This document shows, piece after piece, positions 56,863-64,000 of a DNA stretch of 64,000 nucleotides (positions are counted from its first letter, which is position 1; every line of letters starts with the position of its first letter). The position numbers and the translations under genes are program-made. The DNA is from Planctomycetota bacterium (GTDB lineage: Bacteria; Planctomycetota; PLA2; JAEUHO01), in assembly GCA_964228555.1 (NCBI GenBank), contig CAXQZU010000009.1:14778-78777 (forward strand). The letters run 5' to 3'. A model generated the notes under the pieces. That model worked only from the letters and a program-made list of their open reading frames with translations, ran no database searches and was not told the origin of the DNA.

Positions 56863-59142
56863 TCAGCGCGCACCCGCGCCCGCCGCCTCCTCTGCATCCT
56901 CCTCGGCCTGGCGCTGCTGGAGGCGCTGCCGCAGGTCGGTGAAGCGGGCTCGCAGGCGCTCGACCTCGGACGAGGGCGCAGCGAGGTCCAGCCGGGAGAG
57001 GCCCTCGCGCACCATGTCGAGCGCGGCGCCGTAGCTGCCGAAGTGCATGCCGCGGATCTGGGCTGCCCAGTAGCGTGCCTCGAACGACGACGGGTCCAGC
57101 CGCAGCGCCTCCTCGTAGTCGTCGGCTGCCAGCCGCATGGTGTCCGGGCTCTCCTGGCTGGCCCGTGCGCTGCGCAGCAGGCTGGCCACCCGCTCGGCCT
57201 GCGCCTCGCGACCAGCCTCGAGCTGCCGCCCGGCATGGACCCGCAAGGCCGGGTCGGGGTGCTCGAGGGCCACCTCGTGCAGCACCCCGAGGCCCGCCTC
57301 GTAGCGACCGTCCGCGACCAAGGCCTGTGCGCAGCGCCACAGCAGGTCCAGGTCGGGCGTCGCGCGCGCGAGGCGGGCAGCGGCTCGCTCGTGCAGCAAC
57401 GCCTCCAGCGCGGCGTCGGCGGCCGCCTGCGGCTTGCCCTGCATGGCCTGCGCGCGCAGGAGCGCAGCGTAGATGCGCGCGGCGCTGCGCCGCTCCCGGA
57501 TGCTGGACTCCGAGCGCGCGCCTGCGCGCCCGGACAGCAGCGGGTGCAGGCGCCGGGCCTCGCCCAGCGTCTCGAGCGCATCGGCGGGTGTCGCCGTCTC
57601 CAACTGCAGCAAGGCCAGCACCAGCCAGCCCTGGGCGTCGTGGCGCGTGGCCGGGTGACGCGTGGCCGCCTGCGCGAGGTCCATCGCCTCGGCGCGCGCG
57701 TCGCGGGCAGCCTCGAGCAAGGGCGCCCGGCCCGGGTCGCGCCACGGGTCGTTGTCGCGCACCGGCCTGCGCGCGGCCTCGGCGTGCAGCCGGTCCGCTT
57801 CCTGCCGCAGCCGGTCCGCGCGCCGCAGCAAGGCGGGCCCATGGCTGCCCGGCAAGGCGAGCAAGCGCGCGTGCACCGCGTCCTCGCTGGCCATGCCGCG
57901 GGCCACGCGCACGCTGAGCAAGGTGAGGCACAGGAGCACGAGGCCGGGCATCCATCCCGCCAGCACCCGGCGCGCATGGCTGGCCGCTGCCCAGGCAGCC
58001 AGCGACTCCGCCGCCAGCCCTGCCAGCACGGCCAGCGCGGGCAGGGCGAGCGACGCCCAGCGGTCCTCCAGCACGCTCCCGAGCGGCAAGGCCAGGCTGG
58101 CACCGACCAGCAGCGAGGCGGCCACGAGCACGCTGGCGCGCATCGCGGCCAAGGCCCCACGGCGCACGGGCAGCAGCCATGCGGCCAGCACCACGACACT
58201 GGCCACGAACACGGCGACGAGGCGCGGACCCTCCAGCAGCCAGCCGCGACCGGGCTGCGCCTCGTGCGTGCGGTCGGCCACCCATCCCACGGGCAGGGCC
58301 AGGTGCAGGCCGGCGCGCGCAAGGGCCTCCAGGCCCTGCGCGATGCGCCCCAGCAGGCCGGGCTCGTCGGCATCCACGCCCGGCAGGCCCGGGCCGTGGC
58401 CCCACCAGAGCGCAAGCCACAGCGCCGCCCCCACGAGCGAGGCCAGCACGGGCCCCACGCAGGTCGAGGCGGGGCGCGATGCGTCCGCACGCCGGGCCGT
58501 GAGCGCCAGCAGCCAGGCCACCACGGGCAGGGCCACCCACGCCTCGCACGCGAGCAAGGCCAGCAGCGTGCATGCCGCCACCCACGCCAGCCTCGCGGGC
58601 TGGCCCGGCTTCCAGCCCAGCGCCAGCCAGAGGGCCGACGACGCCAGGACCGTCCCCAGCAACAGGCTGCGCCCCACCAGCAGCGCCACCGCACCGGTGG
58701 CCAGCGGGTGCGCGGCCACCACGAGGCCCACGCACAACCCCAGCACCCGCCGGCCAGGAGCCACGCGCCAGGCGATCAGGGTCGAGAGCACCGCCACCAG
58801 CGCGTGCAGCAGCAGGTTGGTCGCATGACCCGCGGGCAGCGCGGCCTCGGAGCCCAGCAGCGCGCGCTCGACGGCAAGGCTCGCGACCGCCAGCGGGCGC
58901 CACGGCTGCTGCTCGAGCTGGCCCGGCCCGTGCGGCTGGCGGAAGGCAGCCGGCAGCGCGGCCCAGCCCCGCTCCAGCACCGGGTTGGAGGACACCACCG
59001 GCACGTCGTCGAGCACCGCGCGGCCCGCCAGCGTGGCACCTTGCGCGAGCAGCGCCACCAGCGCCACCAGCGCCAGCCCACGGGCCAGGCCGCCGGGCGA
59101 CCGGGCCGCGGCATGCGGCGCAGGATCGGGCGGCTCGGCCAT
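56863..59142 (-). CDS. polytopic membrane protein with C-terminal TPR repeats (GT-C fold, PMT/TMTC/ArnT-like glycosyltransferase candidate)
   Basis: ATG 59142 (MAEPPDP) chosen to avoid a 115-nt overlap with the upstream gene. About 11 TM helices with an LDDVPVVSSNPVL loop (DD/DE acidic motif plus NP, reminiscent of PMT/TMTC), then TPR-like helical repeats. Confidence 0.6.
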   Translation of the reverse strand: MAEPPDPAPHAAARSPGGLARGLALVALVALLAQGATLAGRAVLDDVPVVSSNPVLERGWAALPAAFRQPHGPGQLEQQPWRPLAVASLAVERALLGSEAALPAGHATNLLLHALVAVLSTLIAWRVAPGRRVLGLCVGLVVAAHPLATGAVALLVGRSLLLGTVLASSALWLALGWKPGQPARLAWVAACTLLALLACEAWVALPVVAWLLALTARRADASRPASTCVGPVLASLVGAALWLALWWGHGPGLPGVDADEPGLLGRIAQGLEALARAGLHLALPVGWVADRTHEAQPGRGWLLEGPRLVAVFVASVVVLAAWLLPVRRGALAAMRASVLVAASLLVGASLALPLGSVLEDRWASLALPALAVLAGLAAESLAAWAAASHARRVLAGWMPGLVLLCLTLLSVRVARGMASEDAVHARLLALPGSHGPALLRRADRLRQEADRLHAEAARRPVRDNDPWRDPGRAPLLEAARDARAEAMDLAQAATRHPATRHDAQGWLVLALLQLETATPADALETLGEARRLHPLLSGRAGARSESSIRERRSAARIYAALLRAQAMQGKPQAAADAALEALLHERAAARLARATPDLDLLWRCAQALVADGRYEAGLGVLHEVALEHPDPALRVHAGRQLEAGREAQAERVASLLRSARASQESPDTMRLAADDYEEALRLDPSSFEARYWAAQIRGMHFGSYGAALDMVREGLSRLDLAAPSSEVERLRARFTDLRQRLQQRQAEEDAEEAAGAGAR

Positions 59143-59174
59143 GGCTGGGGCAGGCGTCCCCGGAGGGCCGCGCG

Positions 59175-61175
59175 CTAGCCCTTGCGCGCCGGGGCCGGTC
59201 GCTTGACGGGCTTGTAGGCCAGCGCGGAGGTGTCGAGCACCAGCATCTTCTTGCAGTAGTCCTCGAAGTCCTTCTGCAGGCCCGCCCACGAGTCCGGATC
59301 GTCGGCACTCACCTTGAAGGCGGCACGGAAGGCGCGCGCGCCCTCCTCGCGGTTCATCACGGCCTTGAGGTAGGCCATGAGGCTGTCACGGTACTTGCCG
59401 CCCAGCTGGTCCATGCACATCTCGAACAGCCATGCGCCCTGCTGGTAGATGAACATCTGCTGGCCCCAGCCCGGGTCCAGGCCCATGCGCGCGGCATGCT
59501 GCATCGCGTCGGCGTAGGTGGTCCAGGAGGTGAGATCCTCCAGCTTCACCACGGGGTAGTCCTTGCCCATCTTCTTGAGGGCCGCCGCCATGCCCTGCGC
59601 CTCGCGCAGCCGGGTGTAGTTGCGGCCGGTGAAGGACAGCTTGCCGTCCTCGCTGAGCTTGTGCGAGCCGAAGTACTCCGCGAGGCCCTCGCCCCACCAG
59701 TCCTGCGTGAAGTTCTTCTTCGGGCTCCAGCCGTTGATCTGCATGCCGAACCAGTGCTCGAGCTGGTGCGTGCCCTCGTGCAGGTTCTTGGCGATCTCGA
59801 AGACGCGCGCATCGCCCTCGTTCCTCTCGTCGAAGAGGTAGATCCACGCCGTCTTCCACTCGAAGTAGCCGCCCACGCCGTCGGGCAGCTTCATGCCCTT
59901 CACCTCGTGGAACTTGTTGAATGCGTCCTTGTCCTCGAAGATCCACACCACGAGCGGCACGCCGCCCTGGTAGGACGCCTTCTTGGCAGCCACGAGGTCC
60001 GGCCGGCCGCCCCACTCGTCGCTCAGGTCGTTGAGGCCCAGCGCCTGCTTGAAGCGCCGGTTCCACTCCTCGTAGAGCTGCGTGTAGATCGCCTGCTTCT
60101 CGTCCATCAGCGGCTCGAACTCGGCGCGCTTGGCGGCCAGGCGCTCGCGCTCCTTCTTGCGCTCCGAGCGGGGCATGCCCAGCAGGTCCAGGTCGCTGAG
60201 GCGGTCCTTGGAGGCATAGCAGATCAGGTGCGGCGGGCTCCAGCGCACGGCGAAGTTCTGGTCCTTGAACAGCTTGTCCTGGAGGATGTTGTTCCAGATG
60301 TCGTCGCCCGCGCGGTAGAGGCGGTCCTCGCGCAGCTTGCGCGCGTGCTCCTGCACCTCCCGGAGTGCCTCGGCCGCCAGGCGGCGGTCCTCCTCGTCCT
60401 TGAGCCAGCGCTGCGCATTGGCGGCCTCGAAGGCCGCGATGAAGGGCCGGCCCTTGGTCTGGCTGATCTCCTCGGGCAGGGGGTGGCGGAACTCCTCGTA
60501 GCCCAGCGCCGCACGCGCCTCCTTGTCGTCGCTGCCGTAGGCCGTCTCCACGTACTGCTCGTAGGTGGCCAGCAGCGTGGCCTTGGCGGGCTCGCCCAGG
60601 TCCTTGAGGCGCGCGATGAAGCCCTTCCAGTCCTTGCCCTTGCGCGTGTCGGCCGGCGACTTCTGCATGTCGGCCTTGACCTGCACGAGGCTGTCCTTGG
60701 GCGCCTCGACCACCGGCGCAGGCGCCGGCGGGCCGCCGGCCGAGGTGCCCTGCGGCTTGTCCTTGCCGCCTCCGGCCATGAGGGCCACGACCACGATCGC
60801 CACCACGAGCGCAGCGCCGCCCCCGACCAGCGCCATCGGCGGGCCCTTGCGCGCCGGCGGGGCACCGCGCCCGGCACGCTCGTCGCGCTCGGCGCGGCTG
60901 GCCCGCTGGGGCGCCGCAGGCGCGGCCTGCGTGGGCTCCTGCGCCCGCTGGGCCGGCTTGAACTGGGGCCCCCGGGGGCTGCGCGCGGCGCCCACGCTGG
61001 AGGCCGCGGGCGCAGCCGGGCTGCGGCCGGGCGGCGGCGCGGCCGGCGCAGCGCCGGGGGCCCCCGCGTGGGCGGTCATCAGGGCGCCGCAGGCGCCGCA
61101 GCGGAACTGCTGTCCCTTGGCGAAGGCCGAGACGTCGAACTGGGCCTGGCAGGACGGGCACGCCTGAAGCTTCAT
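59175..61175 (-). CDS. MJ0042-type zinc-ribbon / TM / HExxH-motif protein (putative membrane-anchored metallopeptidase)
   Basis: N-terminal CPSCQAQFDV...RCGACGA ribbon, Pro/Ala linker, TM ALVGGGAALVVAIVVVALMAGG, ~480-aa extracytoplasmic domain containing NLHEGTHQLEHWFG (HExxH). Confidence 0.65.
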   Translation of the reverse strand: MKLQACPSCQAQFDVSAFAKGQQFRCGACGALMTAHAGAPGAAPAAPPPGRSPAAPAASSVGAARSPRGPQFKPAQRAQEPTQAAPAAPQRASRAERDERAGRGAPPARKGPPMALVGGGAALVVAIVVVALMAGGGKDKPQGTSAGGPPAPAPVVEAPKDSLVQVKADMQKSPADTRKGKDWKGFIARLKDLGEPAKATLLATYEQYVETAYGSDDKEARAALGYEEFRHPLPEEISQTKGRPFIAAFEAANAQRWLKDEEDRRLAAEALREVQEHARKLREDRLYRAGDDIWNNILQDKLFKDQNFAVRWSPPHLICYASKDRLSDLDLLGMPRSERKKERERLAAKRAEFEPLMDEKQAIYTQLYEEWNRRFKQALGLNDLSDEWGGRPDLVAAKKASYQGGVPLVVWIFEDKDAFNKFHEVKGMKLPDGVGGYFEWKTAWIYLFDERNEGDARVFEIAKNLHEGTHQLEHWFGMQINGWSPKKNFTQDWWGEGLAEYFGSHKLSEDGKLSFTGRNYTRLREAQGMAAALKKMGKDYPVVKLEDLTSWTTYADAMQHAARMGLDPGWGQQMFIYQQGAWLFEMCMDQLGGKYRDSLMAYLKAVMNREEGARAFRAAFKVSADDPDSWAGLQKDFEDYCKKMLVLDTSALAYKPVKRPAPARKG

Positions 61176-61262
61176 CGGGGCTCCTTGCCGCCACCCCGCG
61201 GGGCTGGGGAGCCGAGGCGCGGCGCCCGGTTTATAGCACGACGCGCCGGGCCGCCGGGCGGC

Positions 61263-62051
61263 CTACCACGCAAAGCCCTGCTTGCGATTGGCCTCGATCC
61301 ACTCCCGGGCCGCCGCCGTGCTGGGGAAGTCCTGGCCCGTGAGGGCCTTGATCGCAGCGTGCGTGGCCGCCTTGGACTCGTTCCACAGGTGCCAGCGCTC
61401 CTCCCACCAGGAGGCGGGCGGGCTGTTGGGGTCCGAGGGGTTGGTGGACACCGGCTCGTCGATGTTCTCGGCCAGCCAGCGCGCGAAGCGCTTGTCCTTC
61501 GCCTGCTCGGCATAGAAGGCGATGTCCACCAGCTGGCCCACGTTGGTGCGTGCAGGATTGCCCACGGTCCAGCGCCACTGCTTCTCCACCTCGTCGTACT
61601 GCTTCTTGTCGAGCACCACGCCCATCCGGCCCAGCGCGCGCAGCACCTTGGCACGCACCGCCGGGCGCTTGTCGTTGGCGGCCTGTCCCCACGACGCCGC
61701 CCACAGGCCCTTCCAGGCCGGGTAGGCGCGCAGCTCGAGCAGCTCGGCAGCGCGCAGGGCCACGACCGGCTCGGCGTGCTTGAGCAGCCGCAGCAAGCCC
61801 TTCTCCAGCTGGACATGCTTGAGGCCGCGCAACGCCTGCAGCGCGCGCAGCGCCTCGTCGGCCTTGCGCGCCTTGCCCGCCTCCTCCACGGCGGCCAGCA
61901 GCACGGGCAGCTGCTCGGCGCTGGCCTCGGTCACCTCGGTCTCGAGGTCCTCGCCCTCGGCGGCCAGCCGGGACGGGAAGGCCAGCGCCACCAGCACCAG
62001 CGCGATCAGGCTGCAGGCGCGCACGAGACGGTGCGGGGGGCGAGCGCTCAT
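61263..62051 (-). CDS. secreted HEAT/helical-repeat protein with Trp-rich tail (same paralog family)
   Basis: Signal peptide ACSLIALVLVALAFPSRLAA; tail IKALTGQDFPSTAAAREWIEANRKQGFAW and internal PPASWWEERWHLW. Confidence 0.55.
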   Translation of the reverse strand: MSARPPHRLVRACSLIALVLVALAFPSRLAAEGEDLETEVTEASAEQLPVLLAAVEEAGKARKADEALRALQALRGLKHVQLEKGLLRLLKHAEPVVALRAAELLELRAYPAWKGLWAASWGQAANDKRPAVRAKVLRALGRMGVVLDKKQYDEVEKQWRWTVGNPARTNVGQLVDIAFYAEQAKDKRFARWLAENIDEPVSTNPSDPNSPPASWWEERWHLWNESKAATHAAIKALTGQDFPSTAAAREWIEANRKQGFAW

Positions 62052-62154
62052 CGCGTCCTCCTCGGCCAGCGCAGGGCGGCCGCGCTGGATGGTAGCGGCT
62101 CGCGCGGGGGCTGGCTATGCTCCCCGCCCTCACGCTTCCCGCGAGGCCGAGCCC

Positions 62155-62637
62155 ATGCCCCAGACGCTCATCGACCTCTCCATCATCGACCCCTCCCGGG
62201 TGGTGGCCAGCCTCGAGGACATCCGGCGGCACAACCCGCAGCGCTACGAGATGGAACAGCTCACGCGGGTATGCCACTTCGACCTGCAGGCCGGCGAGGC
62301 GGCGGGCGTGCTGGAACTGCCCGCCGACCCGTGGTGGGGCCGCGGCCACGTGCCCGGCCGGCCGCTGATGCCCGGCGTGCTGATGCTGGAGGCGGCCGCC
62401 CAGCTGTGCTCGTGGTGCGCCTGGCAGGTCTACGACGCGGCCACCTACAAGGACCGCTTCTTCGGGTTCGGCGGCATCGACGACGTGAAGTTCCGCTCGG
62501 TGGTGCTGCCCAGCCAGACGCTGCTCATCCTCGGCAAGAAGGTGGAGGTGCGCGACCGGCGCGCCATCTTCGACACGCAGGGCGTCGTCGAGGGTCGCAT
62601 CGCCTTCTCGGCCCGCATCACCGGGATGTGGGTGTAG
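62155..62637 (+). CDS. FabA/FabZ-like hot-dog fold dehydratase
   Basis: ATG 62155 inside ORF 61780..62637. CHFDLQAGEAAG...PGRPLMPGVLMLEAAAQL matches the (3R)-hydroxyacyl-ACP dehydratase active-site region (His and Glu present). Confidence 0.7.
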   Translation: MPQTLIDLSIIDPSRVVASLEDIRRHNPQRYEMEQLTRVCHFDLQAGEAAGVLELPADPWWGRGHVPGRPLMPGVLMLEAAAQLCSWCAWQVYDAATYKDRFFGFGGIDDVKFRSVVLPSQTLLILGKKVEVRDRRAIFDTQGVVEGRIAFSARITGMWV

Positions 62638-62658
62638 GGCGCCGCGACGCTCCCGGCC

Positions 62659-63195
62659 CTAGGGGGCCGCGGGGCGCTCCCATGGCCAGCGGCCCGTGGC
62701 GTGCTCGCGCGCGCGCTCGACATACCCCGCCGCATGGGCCACGGCCTCGAGCCGGCGCTCGGCTGGGTCCAGCGTGCGCACCACGCGCGCCGGCACGCCC
62801 ACCACCAGCGTCCAGGGCGGCACCTCCTGCCCCTCGCGCACCAACGCGCCAGCGGCCACGATGGCGCCCTCCCCCACCTTGCTGCCGCCCAGCAGGATGG
62901 CGCCCATGCCCACGAGGGCGAGGTCGCCGATGTGCACGCCGTGGCACAGCGCCCCGTGCCCGATCGTGACATCGCTGCCGATGGCCTGCGGGCAGCCCGG
63001 GTCCACGTGCACCACGGCGCCGTCCTGCACGTTGGTGCGCGCCCCGATGGTGATGGCGGCGTCGTCGCCGCGCACCACGACGCCGTACCACAGGCTGGCA
63101 TCGCGCCCCAGCGCCACCCGCCCCGTGACGCTGGCCGTGCTGGCCACGAAGGCCTCGCCCACGGCGTGCAGGCAGTGGGCAGCGGGCCCGCTCAC
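62659..63195 (-). CDS. gamma-class carbonic anhydrase / hexapeptide-repeat (LbH) protein
   Basis: C-terminal 178 aa of ORF 62659..63801. Left-handed beta-helix hexapeptide repeats with His ligands (VHVDPG, IGHGALCHGVHIG). GTG 63195 forms a GTGA overlap with the upstream CPBP gene stop. Confidence 0.75.
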   Translation of the reverse strand: MSGPAAHCLHAVGEAFVASTASVTGRVALGRDASLWYGVVVRGDDAAITIGARTNVQDGAVVHVDPGCPQAIGSDVTIGHGALCHGVHIGDLALVGMGAILLGGSKVGEGAIVAAGALVREGQEVPPWTLVVGVPARVVRTLDPAERRLEAVAHAAGYVERAREHATGRWPWERPAAP

Positions 63196-63878
63196 GCAGC
63201 GTCCCCGTGCAGCAGGCGCGCCACCATCGGCGCCAGCGACGAGGCGTTGTGCACGGCGTGCACCACCACGCAGGCCAGCAGCGAGTTGGTGCGCTCCATG
63301 ACCCACGACAGCACCATCGCCAGCGCGAACAGCGGCACGAAGGCCATCATGTTCCCGTGGATGGCCGCGAACACGAGCGAGACGAGCACGGCCGCGCCGA
63401 AGGGCCCGCCCGGCATGCGCTGGCGCAGCGAGGGGTAGAGCAGGCCGCGGAACACGGCCTCCTCGGTCACCGGCGCCACCAGCACGCCGAAGGCAGCGAT
63501 CAGCCAGGGCTGGGCCGGGTGCTGGGGCGCAGCGAAGTGCTGCACGACCTCCTGCACCTGCAGGGGCTGGCCCGTGGACACCATGAGCCAGCCCCAGACC
63601 AGCTGCACCGGCAGCACCAGCAGCGTGGCGATGCAGGCGAACTTGAGGCCCAGCAGCACGCCCGAGCGCGCGGGGGGCAGTCGCGGCGGGCCCAGCCGCT
63701 GCCGGCGCATGGCCACCAGCAGCGCCGGGGGGGCCAGCGCCAGCGTCACGGCGAGGATGCCGAACTCCACGTCCGCCAGCGGCCGCTTGCCCGGCGGCCA
63801 CAGGCTGACCATGACCAGCTGCACGCCGACCACGAAGCAGGCAAACAGGGCCAGCGCGTTGCCCGCACTCGCCACCAC
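63192..63878 (-). CDS. CPBP-family intramembrane metalloprotease (CAAX protease-like)
   Basis: EEAVFRG motif 1, FAAIHG motif 2, HAVHN motif 3 on a polytopic membrane scaffold. Confidence 0.8.
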   Translation of the reverse strand: MVASAGNALALFACFVVGVQLVMVSLWPPGKRPLADVEFGILAVTLALAPPALLVAMRRQRLGPPRLPPARSGVLLGLKFACIATLLVLPVQLVWGWLMVSTGQPLQVQEVVQHFAAPQHPAQPWLIAAFGVLVAPVTEEAVFRGLLYPSLRQRMPGGPFGAAVLVSLVFAAIHGNMMAFVPLFALAMVLSWVMERTNSLLACVVVHAVHNASSLAPMVARLLHGDAA

Positions 63879-64000
63879 GGTGGGCCAGTCGCCGCCGGGC
63901 GCAGCCTGCCCACGACCCCAGCCGGGCAGCGGCGCTCCATGGCGCCTGCGGTCCTCCAGCAGGATCTCGTGGGCGAGGCAGCCGATGCCTGCCAGCAGCA

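Noticed and set aside
56741-59308. 855-aa minus ORF and 711-aa/1465-aa plus ORFs over the TPR membrane protein region
   Set aside because: Alternative frames of the same GC-rich DNA. The chosen frame (56863-59142) has coherent TM helices and TPR-like repeats; the others are Arg/Gly/Pro-rich.
62445-63101. 218-aa minus ORF overlapping the gamma-CA gene
   Set aside because: Different frame from the hexapeptide-repeat protein; composition Thr/Arg/Ala-rich with no motifs.

Overview
High-GC (about 70%) bacterial chromosomal segment, most consistent with Myxococcota. This is inferred from an ESG-like 2-oxoacid dehydrogenase locus, many MJ0042-type zinc-ribbon, HEAT and TPR membrane proteins, and a ceramide-type spt cluster. 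The window is densely coding on both strands. Most long six-frame ORFs are antisense or out-of-frame GC artefacts; real genes were picked by recognisable family motifs. Contents in order: tRNA-Tyr and tRNA-Thr; aroC; a membrane-anchored HEAT/VWA gene pair; a class-I glutamine amidotransferase-like hydrolase; a heptose/fucose-kinase-type GHMP kinase with a HAD phosphatase; a penicillin-acylase-family Ntn hydrolase translationally coupled to phosphomannomutase and KpsF; a ComEC-like protein fused to a DUF92 domain; tRNA-Lys; a cbb3-type oxidase cluster (ccoN, an extended ccoO, a CcoQ-like gene and an unusual CcoP-like monoheme cytochrome carrying three heme-less PSCyt1-like repeats); a degenerate PolX-like gene coupled to nth; a BI-1 family protein; a FAD-linked oxidase; a NifU/BFD-like protein; DUF2203; a HIT protein; folE; tRNA-Leu; a 2-oxoacid dehydrogenase operon with two E1-alpha paralogs (E1a, E1b, E2, E1a', lpd); a Kelch lipoprotein; a long minus-strand cluster mlaE-mlaD-mdh-argC-argD-argF(')-argB-argE-argH; a STAS plus anti-sigma kinase partner-switching pair; a candidate bacterial ceramide cluster (CerR-like epimerase, serine palmitoyltransferase, GNAT-like bCerS candidate); and a run of paralogous membrane-anchored zinc-ribbon/HEAT proteins sharing a Trp-rich C-terminal motif, together with an IHF/HU protein, a TPR GT-C-like membrane protein, a Zn-ribbon HExxH protein, a FabZ-like dehydratase, a gamma-carbonic anhydrase and a CPBP protease. 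No CRISPR arrays, rRNA or clear mobile elements were seen.
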